This document shows, one piece after another, positions 55,122 through 64,000 of a DNA stretch of 64,000 bases. Both the position numbers and the translations under genes were made by a program. The stretch is from positions 64,001 to 128,000 of IMG/VR virus record IMGVR_UViG_3300042484_002041; one strand, written 5' to 3'. The stretch is from a virus. Under the pieces are notes generated by a model, which was not told the DNA's origin, made no database searches, and was given only the letters and a program-made list of their open reading frames with translations. Position 1 is the first letter of the stretch, and each line of letters begins with the position of its first letter.

Positions 55122-56156
55122 TTACCCTTGGATTGCTTGTACTAGACCCACACCAAAACTTATTCGATTTTTAAATTCGTTATATGTTTTCGTAAGGCAT
55201 TCCATAGCAGCATTGTGCTCCAAATGCTCAACATTGCCAATAACATCATGATCGGCATAATTATCCCAAGAACCCCAATCTTCGAGTTTTGTGATCCCCC
55301 CAAAAAATCCGTAATCGACACATACTTGACAAAAATTTTGTATATCAAAGTAATTGTCGCGTTGGATTACAAGAGTTAAGGCAACTGATATTTTGTTAGT
55401 CTGGGTTTGCTCTTTAAGGTAATCAAAGTTATCAAGTAATTGTTCCCATTTACCGCCGAGTCTAACTTTTTCATATACTTCTTTGCTACCGGCATCGATG
55501 CTGATTAGATATTCGGTGATACGATCACGTATGCTGCTGTCTGCAATTTGTTTTCTTATCAAGAGCCCGTTAGTAAACAGTTTTATATGTTGATCTTTTT
55601 TAGGCTTAAATCGATGTATCAACGGACGTAGTATAGAACTAGCCAGAGGGTCGCCATTACCGCTCATGATAATTCTGCACGGATGGTCAAAGTTTTCTAA
55701 TAGTGTTACTAAATGATTAACCTGTACTAGTTTTATATCATAGTCAGGTCCACTTGTGATCATTTTTGCATCGCGTCTGCAACTAGGGCAACGAAGATTG
55801 CAGCTTTCATCTATGTTAATTGATATAGTGTAAATGGGCCGACTAATATTGCCATTGGTTATGCCGCAGCGCGAAACAGCACAGTGTGAGAATTTTTTAC
55901 TTGCTATATCTTGCTGCAATTCTAACGCAGTAGGACTAGTCCATACTTGCTCTAATGTTGTAAAGTCTGTAATTTTACCCACACTTATCGGTAACCATGC
56001 TTCGCACTCACAAATAAAACAATCACCTTTCCAATCCACTAGTAATGTTTTGTTAGGTATGTCACAGGAATGTGGTATGTCTAACTGCAATTGTTTGTTT
56101 CGTGGGATTGCAGTATATGAAAATTGATTAGCAATTGGTATAACAAGAGTGGCCAT
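55122..56156 (-). CDS. Radical SAM protein with N-terminal SPASM/Twitch-like domain
   Basis: CDIP...FICEC.AWLP; CNLRCPSC; GNGDP; paralog of 39178-40434. Confidence 0.85.
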   Translation of the reverse strand: MATLVIPIANQFSYTAIPRNKQLQLDIPHSCDIPNKTLLVDWKGDCFICECEAWLPISVGKITDFTTLEQVWTSPTALELQQDIASKKFSHCAVSRCGITNGNISRPIYTISINIDESCNLRCPSCRRDAKMITSGPDYDIKLVQVNHLVTLLENFDHPCRIIMSGNGDPLASSILRPLIHRFKPKKDQHIKLFTNGLLIRKQIADSSIRDRITEYLISIDAGSKEVYEKVRLGGKWEQLLDNFDYLKEQTQTNKISVALTLVIQRDNYFDIQNFCQVCVDYGFFGGITKLEDWGSWDNYADHDVIGNVEHLEHNAAMECLTKTYNEFKNRISFGVGLVQAIQG

Positions 56157-56161
56157 TTATA

Positions 56162-56189
56162 AGAAAGTAAAGGGCCAATAAGGCCCTTT
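56162..56189 (-). terminator. Probable terminator of the tail operon
   Basis: AAAGGGCC/GGCCCTTT hairpin followed by a T-rich tract on the minus strand. Confidence 0.65.
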
Positions 56190-56209
56190 GACTATGTTAG
56201 TTTTTTACG

Positions 56210-57205
56210 TTATACCACAGTAGCAGCAATCGTAGGTGTGCCCCAACTTGCTGTAGTAAGGTAAGTGGAACTCGGCGGGAAATATGTAACCAGTGTCGTT
56301 GGTGCTGTTGCTGCACCGAACGATGTGGCTGGGCTCGACAAGCCTGTGCCGCCAGAGATATTGTCTGACGATCCTGCACCTGAACCGCCCGGGTCGGTCC
56401 AGACAGTTGTTAATACCAACTGTGTGCCGGTTCCTGCTGTTTTGGCATTTATCTGAATGAATGAACCTGTATAAGGGGCAGTATCAGCAAATTGCTTGTA
56501 AATGAGTGTATCGGAAGTAAGTAGCTGGTACCAGCCAGTTGCAGTTAATAATGTATTCGGAGTTCCTGTTCCGCCAACTTTGGTGGTACCTGTATAGTTT
56601 GTACCAGCAATACTTGCTGTGCCGCCACCTGTGATATTAATATTACCAACTAGCGTGTTTGCCAGGTCATTCCATTCAGTATCAGCTGCTGTAGTATCAG
56701 CAGTCTTTTGTGTCTGCCATCTAACTATGCCACCGGCATTAAAGAAATACCGTGCAGCATCGGCACTGGCCCAGGTAATTGTGTGAGTAAATGTAATAGT
56801 CCAGGCGGCAGCGCCCGATCCTGTTGCAGTAGTTTTACTTATGTTACCAGTAAATGTACCGTACTGAGTGCCACTTGCTGCTGCGTTAGCACGATTTGCT
56901 GTTATTGTGGTAAGATCGGTGTTTACTGCTGCCAATACCGCAATAGTGTTGCCGGCCACTGGTGCTGTTCTTGCAGTAGTTGTGGCGCCGGTATGACTGG
57001 CCATTGATTGGATATTATTAACAAGGCCAGCCCATTGTGTAGCTGTTACAGTACCTGCAGCAGACACTGTAGTCAATTCAGATTGCCCATATCCACTGGT
57101 AGTGGAACCAGTTGCCCAAACGTTGTTAACGTTGGCGCCAACGTTTGTGCTAATAAAGCCATTATAATCCGCTGCTTGAATTAAGCTGCCGCTGGTGTAA
57201 GTCAT
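56210..57205 (-). CDS. Thr/Gly/Ala-rich virion structural (tail-fibre-like) protein
   Basis: Composition, ARYFFNAGG motif, position next to the tail fibre. Confidence 0.65.
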   Translation of the reverse strand: MTYTSGSLIQAADYNGFISTNVGANVNNVWATGSTTSGYGQSELTTVSAAGTVTATQWAGLVNNIQSMASHTGATTTARTAPVAGNTIAVLAAVNTDLTTITANRANAAASGTQYGTFTGNISKTTATGSGAAAWTITFTHTITWASADAARYFFNAGGIVRWQTQKTADTTAADTEWNDLANTLVGNINITGGGTASIAGTNYTGTTKVGGTGTPNTLLTATGWYQLLTSDTLIYKQFADTAPYTGSFIQINAKTAGTGTQLVLTTVWTDPGGSGAGSSDNISGGTGLSSPATSFGAATAPTTLVTYFPPSSTYLTTASWGTPTIAATVV

Positions 57206-57214
57206 GTTTGATCC

Positions 57215-58585
57215 TTATTTTGATGCAACAATGGCTTCGACAACGCCTTCTGCATCTGTTAATTTATCTTCTAGCGCACGACCCAGTACATTAAAATGCG
57301 TCGCTTCACCAGGTTTTGCTGATCTAGCAAGTCCATTTCCAGCCGAAACTAAACGGTCTCCTTTGAATACCTTACCAACTGCGCGAACCGGAACACGTCC
57401 AGTCATTGCAACCGGTGGGTGAGTTGCGTCGTCGCCGGCTGCTGAATTCATCAAATAAGCTGCTTGTGTGCTTATCACTCCAAACACATTTTCGCTTAGT
57501 TCAAGCAAGGAGGTTGTGATTTCGGCGGTTCCGCCTAGTTCAACTACTGTGCCTGGAGCAATAAACTGATCAGCAGCAAATCTCTCAGCAACGTCAGCAT
57601 ACTGTGCCGATGTAGACTTGGCGAATATAGTGTTAAAGTACCCAGCCGAAGAACCGATGTTACCGACTCCGTTACCATTGCCGTTGATCAAGCTAACGAC
57701 ACTTAGCACAGTCGGCGAGCTAACTACGCCAGTTGCGCCAGCAACATCAAGCACTGTGGTGTTAACTCCAGCAACATTAACTTGCAATAGCAAGTTGCCG
57801 GTTTGTGTTTGATTACGAAAGAACACATCATTGCCACTGACCAGGACACGAGCATCACTATTAACACCAACAGCTAGGCCACTATTGTTAAGTATGCCCA
57901 GCGTTCCTGTGGTAGTGTCGTTGCTGGTTGCACTCAAGAAGCCGGTACTATCAATACCATCAAGTAGTTGCGAATCAGTCGCAGTGCCACGGAACAGGTT
58001 ATTGCTAACCGAAGTGCTTAGTTGCATACCAGGACTAATTGTAGCAAACCCAGTAATTAAAGTTTGTGGAGTAAACGTAGCATCCTTTGACAGGATTGCA
58101 ACAATATCGTTCTCAACATAAAACATAACAACCACGTGGTCTGCAGACAGATTGTCAGTGACAGTCATAACAACTGCCCCCGAAGTGCCTTGACCAGCTG
58201 TGCTAGCCGGGCCAACTAAGATGAAGGCAGCTCCAGACCAGACTTTGAGCTGTGCATTGGTGCTATCATACCAAAGATCACCCTGCACATTACTAGTCGG
58301 TGCTGTGGCACTAGCTGTTGCTGCGCTAACAACCTTAAAGACGCTACCATTGTAGACCTTCAATAAATTATTAGCTTTGTCCCACCACAGCTGACCCACT
58401 AGCGGTGCGCCGGGTTGAACTGTGTTTGATCCACTCTCTAGCAAGTGAATAAAGTTCTCGTCGAGGAACTCACCGTAACCGGCATAGTTTTTACCAACTA
58501 GAGTCATGCTCGAGCTAGTGTTAATGGTACCATCTGCTACTGTTGCAAAAATAGTTCCATCTGTTAAGTTAATGGTATAGGCCAT
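57215..58585 (-). CDS. Tail fibre-like protein with C-terminal peptidase G2-type intramolecular chaperone domain
   Basis: GQLWWD/GDLWYD repeats; YADVAE...PGTVV...GVIST...TGRVPV...KGDRLVS. Confidence 0.75.
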   Translation of the reverse strand: MAYTINLTDGTIFATVADGTINTSSSMTLVGKNYAGYGEFLDENFIHLLESGSNTVQPGAPLVGQLWWDKANNLLKVYNGSVFKVVSAATASATAPTSNVQGDLWYDSTNAQLKVWSGAAFILVGPASTAGQGTSGAVVMTVTDNLSADHVVVMFYVENDIVAILSKDATFTPQTLITGFATISPGMQLSTSVSNNLFRGTATDSQLLDGIDSTGFLSATSNDTTTGTLGILNNSGLAVGVNSDARVLVSGNDVFFRNQTQTGNLLLQVNVAGVNTTVLDVAGATGVVSSPTVLSVVSLINGNGNGVGNIGSSAGYFNTIFAKSTSAQYADVAERFAADQFIAPGTVVELGGTAEITTSLLELSENVFGVISTQAAYLMNSAAGDDATHPPVAMTGRVPVRAVGKVFKGDRLVSAGNGLARSAKPGEATHFNVLGRALEDKLTDAEGVVEAIVASK

Positions 58586-58610
58586 CTTGTCGTTTACTCC
58601 GTCTTATTAC

Positions 58611-58618
58611 TATTTATA
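58611..58618 (-). promoter_or_regulatory. T4-like late promoter TATAAATA
   Basis: Exact TATAAATA upstream of GGAG RBS and the tail-fibre gene. Confidence 0.7.
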
Positions 58619-58637
58619 GGACAATAATACATCATAT

Positions 58638-59243
58638 TTATGTTGCGCTCAAGTTTGTCAGAGTCTGAATTCGAACCGTGTAATCAATTTGAATTTGACG
58701 ATTTAGACTCTTCTGAACTGGATGGAATATCACATGAGTGATCAACATAAGATTAGCTGAACTACCTTCCCAAGATTTAAGTCCTAATTCGTCAAAAACG
58801 AATTCACCGTTAAAATTTGTGCTGTTGTCAAACGCTTGCTGCCCGGGTGGCTCGCCGTAATCCAACAGGCAAGTTACTAACACATCAGTGTACACTTTAC
58901 CCGAAGTGTGTAGCACTGTAAGATTATTGCGAGTAGGGTCTGTGTTGGCTGCGCTACCATCTTCGACTACTTTGATATAGGTTTGATTGTAGAGGTCTGC
59001 ATTTTGCCCAGTGGTATTTGGGGGCAAATATGTGATCACACCGGTAGGATCTACCGAGCTGCCGCCGTTGCCAAACGCCATTGCATAGATGAACCCTAGA
59101 TTTTTGTTAGCTAGTGTTTGTGCCAATGCCACACTCATATTTTCATAATGGATGGCATTGTATTTGTCCACAAATACTTCTTGTGTAACGGGATCATAAA
59201 TCTTTAAAAATCCCTCGATTTTAGCAGGGCCCAGGTCCATCAT
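58638..59243 (-). CDS. Putative baseplate/tail structural protein
   Basis: FDELGL...THVIFHPVQKS..R.IQIDY; structural operon context. Confidence 0.65.
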   Translation of the reverse strand: MMDLGPAKIEGFLKIYDPVTQEVFVDKYNAIHYENMSVALAQTLANKNLGFIYAMAFGNGGSSVDPTGVITYLPPNTTGQNADLYNQTYIKVVEDGSAANTDPTRNNLTVLHTSGKVYTDVLVTCLLDYGEPPGQQAFDNSTNFNGEFVFDELGLKSWEGSSANLMLITHVIFHPVQKSLNRQIQIDYTVRIQTLTNLSAT

Positions 59244-59392
59244 GATCGTATCTCCACGAAAACTTCTTTTGTGGATGGGTCAAATATCTTTACAACTCCA
59301 TCCACACTAAACCCTGCCACTTCATTAGGGACAGGGCCAGGTCTGGCGGACTGTGGCTTGGGTGTAGGGGTGTTTTGTTGCTTTTGGTCCAT
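59240..59392 (-). CDS. Small protein (50 aa)
   Basis: MDQKQQ...VDGVVKIFDPSTKEVFVEIRS; ATGA coupling; TAAATA 4 nt upstream; absent from the ORF track. Confidence 0.65.
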   Translation of the reverse strand: MDQKQQNTPTPKPQSARPGPVPNEVAGFSVDGVVKIFDPSTKEVFVEIRS

Positions 59393-59408
59393 ACGTTATT
59401 TACCTGCT

Positions 59409-62400
59409 TTAATTACCACGGATAAACCTAGCTGCCAAAGTATTTGTATCTTGTAGGCTAATCCCGTCACTTGGGGTACTAATGCCCGGGTGATACCAGC
59501 TTAGGCCTTGCCGAATTCGAATACTTACTTGATAACCTGCTGCAGGCGCTGTTGTAAACGCAATTGCAACCGGGGAATCGGTAATTATAATGTACCCGCC
59601 CATTTGTTTAATCCCGCCCACATACACCTCGACTGCTTCAACTAGTTCAGTGCTGTCGAGACTAGAAATTGAGATCTCAGTTGCAGTGAATACAGTTTCT
59701 GTACCATCCCCCAGGAAGTTTTGCGCAATTATTCTATCTTGGTATTCTACTGGTAACAAATTACCAATACCAATGTCATATACCGCCGAACCAACCGCAT
59801 GATCGGCTGCTGCTGTACCGGCAGTTCCACGACGTAACCCACTGAGTGTGTTGGTTATAAGGTCCCGGGTACGGTATGTAATCCTCTCGCCATTGATTGT
59901 AATCAAGCCAAATAATCCTGCAGTTAGATTAGGTTCAGACAGTTGGCCCGCATCATCAACATAGATTACCGCGTCGTCGCTATTCAATACAGACACAAGT
60001 TGTGTAGTAGTACTGGTTGTGATTCTGTAAGTGCTTTGTTGTCCGCGCATGTCTTGAAATATACGGAAAGCAATACCACCAGGCAATACGCTTTGGGTAA
60101 AGCTAGTAATAGCCACCACCTCATTAACAGCAATTGGAGGCCCAGAGATTACGATAGCAGTCCCATCAACTACATAATTTAAACCTTCGTATAAGTAAAG
60201 TCCATCTAAGGATACCATGATACGATTAGGATTAGATATAATACGTCCAGTATCAAATCTATTGGTTTGAATAATTGTACCTTGGCTGTAATCGTATGAC
60301 CCGGGATCACCTGTTATTGCGCCTGCGTCGTACAGAGTTGAGTCATATGATTCAGATACTAAAGTGCCAATTGTTTCTGGACCCACAAACACCTGTGTTA
60401 AAATGTTTTGTTGTGCTGTGTCATTCCAGGTGGTTACTGAAACAACATCGTTCACAATAGGTATAAACCCGCTTCCAGATTTAAATGTTAACACGTTGCC
60501 AACAATAGTATAAACAGATGCAGTGCTTACAGTGATTACAACTTCTGTTCCGATAAGAGGGAGTTCGGCTAGAACAACAGTTCTCGGGTCTCCGGTATAC
60601 GGTGTTACTGTAAACTGTGATCCCAGGGTCAATCGAACGTTATTTACAAACACCGAAACCTCGTTGTCTGCGATTAAAGCCTGACTATACCCACCACGGA
60701 CAGGCAAGTAATATTCAAGACTTGATCCATCTCCAATATATTCTACGCCCTCGACTGGCCGAGCACGAACCCCATTTTTCTCAACAATCACATTGGCCGG
60801 ATTTGTCCCGCCTAAGTAGTTGGTTAAAGTATATACAAGTTCACCTGCACTAACAAAGTACTCAGTTACTGGTAGACTCCAGCTATATGTTGTTGGGAGT
60901 TCTGATCCTAGTATTGTAACCACAACATCGTCAGTACTGGTCCAGGCGGCATCAAACACAATTTCAGTGTCTGAAATGTTGATTGTGTTATAGGTGTAAT
61001 CAGTAACAAATATTCCATTCACAAACACCACAACTTCTGAGATGAGACTGTATGCAACAGGAACTACAACAGTGTCGCCAATGTCTGCACCATTGTAACG
61101 ATTACGGTAGAATTGATTTCCTCCGCCTAATTCGTACACATCAATTAATAAAGTATTACCTGTAACAACGCCCGAATTAACGGTCACTGTTTGATTAACC
61201 CAATCAATTACATAATCAACTGATGGCACTAACTCGTTACCCACGGTCTTGTTAAACAGTCGAATTGCGCTTGGGAATTCGAGCAAATCAGCAAAACTAT
61301 AGCTGGTCCCGGCTAAAGTGAATTGATAACCAATCGAGATTAACGGGAATCCATGACCGTCACTTTGCCAGTCGGCGCCCGGTGTAGTATATACTCGCAG
61401 ATCTAATGTGTCAAATATTGCTCCGGGCACCAGTTCTTCTGGTGCATGACTTGAGTATGTGTCAACAAACGCACCACCATCCACATCAATTGCAGACGGG
61501 CCTACACCCAGGTACGGATCGACAAAGTTGCTTTCGTAGATAGCGTCTAGAATTGCCGGATCATAGGTTGGCAGTCCCTCTGGTCCGTATGCAATATTAT
61601 CATATGGGTTAATGTCGAAGTTTCCAACATCGAAACCAGTATCTTGGTCAAAGTCCGGACCATACACTTGTACACCTGGATAATCAACACCAGAAATTAA
61701 CAGAGCAAGATCAAGACCGGGCTCATTAGGAGTTGCAACATAGTAGCCCATGGTACGGTCAACACCGTTGAGATCACCGGCAGGGACAACGGTCCATTGC
61801 TGTGGATCAAAAGTTTCGCTTTGTACACCAGTACTGTCATCGCTAGTGGCTTCCCACACACGGTTGATATAACGTACTAGCGTGCCGTTGTCGTAGTTTT
61901 CATTAGGTACCCACTCTTGCACATCAGTTTGATACTGGTAACGGTCGTACTTGATGGTGGTTTTAATATTACGCACCAATGCGTTAGACAGGTTAGCATA
62001 TGCTCTTGCTCCGACTCCGTCACCGACAATGGTAATGACCGGTGTTTCGCTGTACCCTGAACCAGCAGAGATAATTTCAATTCCGATTACTCGGCCTGCA
62101 CTGTTGATTTTTGCAACCAATTCAGCAGCAACCGCACTGTCTCCGGTGATCACTACTGCGGGTTCAAAGGTGTAGCCCGAGCCGTTGTCAATCATGACAA
62201 CTGAATCAACTGTTAGCAAGTAGTTTTGATACCACTGGTTCCAGGGGAAAGTTTGCCATACGGTAGATGTAGACGGAACACTTGATGTTGTACTTAATGT
62301 GCCCGAGTTATCAAGCACTGGACTTACAAACAATCCTTGTGTGGGATCCCAATAAGCCGGAAGGTCAAAGTCAGTGAGCGATCCCAGGAACTGGTCAAAG

Positions 62401-64000
62401 CCGTTGTATATTAGATTAAACTGTCGAATCTGCACATGATACGGTTTAACCTCCTGTATGTAATTCAATACAAAGTCTTGATTGTCTTCCCGATAGATCT
62501 GGTACGGCAGTAACTGACGAATTGTATGGTCAACATCAATCAGGCTGGTCTTGGTCAACCACAACGGTGCTTGTTGTTCGCTAAGAATAAAGTTAAACAT
62601 CAAGGTCAGTAGATTATTACGTTCGATCGCTAAATCGTCAATGAATAATTCCTGATTGATAGCCTGGATTATTTTTCGTGTTTCTATAGTAGGCTCTTGA
62701 TCATAATACTGGGCATCAAACACTTCAACATCAAATCCAAATCGTCCGGCACTATAATCCCAAAGAAAATTGGAGAATTTGATTGTTCCAGTTTGCAATC
62801 CTACACGAACCCATGTTGCATTAGTATATCGATAAATTTCCCACTTGCCTTGTGCATTAGCAGTAACCTTCACTGAACTACCTTCGGCCACAGTCAAAGT
62901 CAACAATGCAGAGGCGTTAGACACTTCAGTTACCGGACGTGTTAGTGGATTGTATCCGGCTAAGTACCAATTTTGATAGCTCCAATACCTCTTTGTATCA
63001 TATGTCTGCACTCGGATCAGCACAAGATATCGAAGTTGTTGCGGGCCTGTTTCGGCAAGTTGGTAAATTGTCCACAATCCGTTGAATTCGCTATCACTAG
63101 CAACGAGATATCGGTATCCGATCGGAACCTCTGCTAGATTTTGATACGCCAATTCTTCCTGATTTGCTAGACGTTTATCCCAGGCTCCGGATGTAGCCGA
63201 CGGTTCTGGTTCTGAGCTGTTCAACAGATTAAACTTGCGCATTTCTGTGATTGGAAGCTCGGCTAACACAGTGTTGGCTTCGCCAAGGTAATTTTGCAAT
63301 GCCAGGAAACGATTACGGAACATGCTCTGACGCGGCCTTGTGGTTACGCCATACTTTTCGCTGGGGCTTAAGAATGGATCAGGTACCGCAGCGCCTTGAA
63401 GATCTTCTCCACTGAAACTGTCTTGAAACTTTTGATACAAGCCATCATTTAAGAACCCATCAGATCGATTAGATATCAGTTGGTATTCCGAATGCACTAC
63501 ACTATCGTTAAACTGTTGATCAAACTCAACATGCAATACAGTATCGCTGGCAACAATATATTCAAGCCCGTTGTATACTGCAACGGTGCTAGAATTAACA
63601 GGCGCAATATACGGAATACCACTTGCACGCGGATTTGCAATGTACTGAGCAATTGTGTTGGTGCTTAGTGTTTTCTTGGCTTGTTGGTTCACTGTTACTA
63701 GCCCGGCAACCCAGAAGTAGTAAGTGACAATAAACAAACCTTGCTCATTCACCGACGATGTTGCAGTGTAACTGTTAAAGGCGTAAGGGATCCCAGGGCC
63801 TGTGTAGTTGATTGGAGGAGTTGAACTTGAGATCCACTGGAATACTTCAATGATACTGCCCGGGAACACTTGTCCCCATCGACGGCTGGCATACACTATA
63901 TCATTTTGGTTAGGATCAATGAATCGTGTATTTGTAGTATTCCACCAGATGTGTCCAACTCGAACCTCGTCCCAGTGCACTCCGTAATTGTTAACAGTTC
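59409..64000 (-). CDS. Very large virion structural protein (baseplate-wedge-like), 5' end outside window
   Basis: >1500 aa; YIQEVKPYH motif, GSGY...P.(V/I).I.G repeats, beta-rich repeats. Confidence 0.7.
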   Translation of the reverse strand, partial: TVNNYGVHWDEVRVGHIWWNTTNTRFIDPNQNDIVYASRRWGQVFPGSIIEVFQWISSSTPPINYTGPGIPYAFNSYTATSSVNEQGLFIVTYYFWVAGLVTVNQQAKKTLSTNTIAQYIANPRASGIPYIAPVNSSTVAVYNGLEYIVASDTVLHVEFDQQFNDSVVHSEYQLISNRSDGFLNDGLYQKFQDSFSGEDLQGAAVPDPFLSPSEKYGVTTRPRQSMFRNRFLALQNYLGEANTVLAELPITEMRKFNLLNSSEPEPSATSGAWDKRLANQEELAYQNLAEVPIGYRYLVASDSEFNGLWTIYQLAETGPQQLRYLVLIRVQTYDTKRYWSYQNWYLAGYNPLTRPVTEVSNASALLTLTVAEGSSVKVTANAQGKWEIYRYTNATWVRVGLQTGTIKFSNFLWDYSAGRFGFDVEVFDAQYYDQEPTIETRKIIQAINQELFIDDLAIERNNLLTLMFNFILSEQQAPLWLTKTSLIDVDHTIRQLLPYQIYREDNQDFVLNYIQEVKPYHVQIRQFNLIYNGFDQFLGSLTDFDLPAYWDPTQGLFVSPVLDNSGTLSTTSSVPSTSTVWQTFPWNQWYQNYLLTVDSVVMIDNGSGYTFEPAVVITGDSAVAAELVAKINSAGRVIGIEIISAGSGYSETPVITIVGDGVGARAYANLSNALVRNIKTTIKYDRYQYQTDVQEWVPNENYDNGTLVRYINRVWEATSDDSTGVQSETFDPQQWTVVPAGDLNGVDRTMGYYVATPNEPGLDLALLISGVDYPGVQVYGPDFDQDTGFDVGNFDINPYDNIAYGPEGLPTYDPAILDAIYESNFVDPYLGVGPSAIDVDGGAFVDTYSSHAPEELVPGAIFDTLDLRVYTTPGADWQSDGHGFPLISIGYQFTLAGTSYSFADLLEFPSAIRLFNKTVGNELVPSVDYVIDWVNQTVTVNSGVVTGNTLLIDVYELGGGNQFYRNRYNGADIGDTVVVPVAYSLISEVVVFVNGIFVTDYTYNTINISDTEIVFDAAWTSTDDVVVTILGSELPTTYSWSLPVTEYFVSAGELVYTLTNYLGGTNPANVIVEKNGVRARPVEGVEYIGDGSSLEYYLPVRGGYSQALIADNEVSVFVNNVRLTLGSQFTVTPYTGDPRTVVLAELPLIGTEVVITVSTASVYTIVGNVLTFKSGSGFIPIVNDVVSVTTWNDTAQQNILTQVFVGPETIGTLVSESYDSTLYDAGAITGDPGSYDYSQGTIIQTNRFDTGRIISNPNRIMVSLDGLYLYEGLNYVVDGTAIVISGPPIAVNEVVAITSFTQSVLPGGIAFRIFQDMRGQQSTYRITTSTTTQLVSVLNSDDAVIYVDDAGQLSEPNLTAGLFGLITINGERITYRTRDLITNTLSGLRRGTAGTAAADHAVGSAVYDIGIGNLLPVEYQDRIIAQNFLGDGTETVFTATEISISSLDSTELVEAVEVYVGGIKQMGGYIIITDSPVAIAFTTAPAAGYQVSIRIRQGLSWYHPGISTPSDGISLQDTNTLAARFIRGN

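Larger units (their letters stand above)
1..64000. other. Segment of a large tailed dsDNA phage genome (myovirus-like)
   Basis: Dense small early ORFs with ATGA/TAATG overlaps, sigma70-like early and TAAATA late promoter motifs, thyX, pstS, MoxR/vWA pair, tail-fibre/baseplate-like genes; no bacterial housekeeping operons. Confidence 0.9.

Noticed and set aside
30468-56156. RiPP cluster (radical SAM-SPASM peptide maturases)
   Set aside because: No RRE/PqqD domain, peptidase, transporter or convincing precursor; neighbours are sugar enzymes
611-63668. Numerous short antisense or alternate-frame ORFs in the track
   Set aside because: They shadow well-supported genes and lack RBS, coupling or motifs
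1-64000. Introns, inteins, homing endonucleases, IS elements, integrases
   Set aside because: No interrupted genes or diagnostic motifs were seen

Overview
This window is a dense segment of a large tailed dsDNA (myovirus-like) phage genome; the pstS gene, Pho box and tmRNA tag suggest a Proteobacteria host, possibly Betaproteobacteria. 1-8.5 kb holds small early ORFs under near-consensus sigma70 promoters, including a tandem family of hypervariable 'KFAELI..EC...HFGVEE' cassettes joined by a repeated RBS/stop-start junction. 8.5-11 kb is a host-metabolism/RNA island: Pho-box-controlled pstS, the queuosine-precursor transporter yhhQ with a structured leader, a ~310-nt structured candidate ncRNA, and a circularly permuted two-piece tmRNA (tag ANDSVYSLAA) with a long folded intervening segment. 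11-22 kb has a PP-loop ATPase, a B12 radical SAM enzyme, a MoxR-type AAA ATPase, a HExxH/vWA partner and thyX. 22-56 kb is a ~34-kb tailoring-enzyme cluster: 8 radical SAM enzymes with an N-terminal SPASM/Twitch-like domain, 6 'TEK' GT10-like glycosyltransferases (a 7th lies at 16.5 kb), other GT-like genes, SGNH proteins, two epimerases, a UDP-sugar dehydrogenase, a DegT aminotransferase, an amidinotransferase, and a carbamoyltransferase with an SxtK-like micropeptide nearby. It abuts tail-fibre/baseplate genes (56-64 kb). The best candidates for an undescribed system are this aminoglycoside-like glycan-tailoring cluster (possibly for virion glycosylation) and the ncRNA/two-piece tmRNA island. 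All calls are from motif reading by eye; no database search was run.
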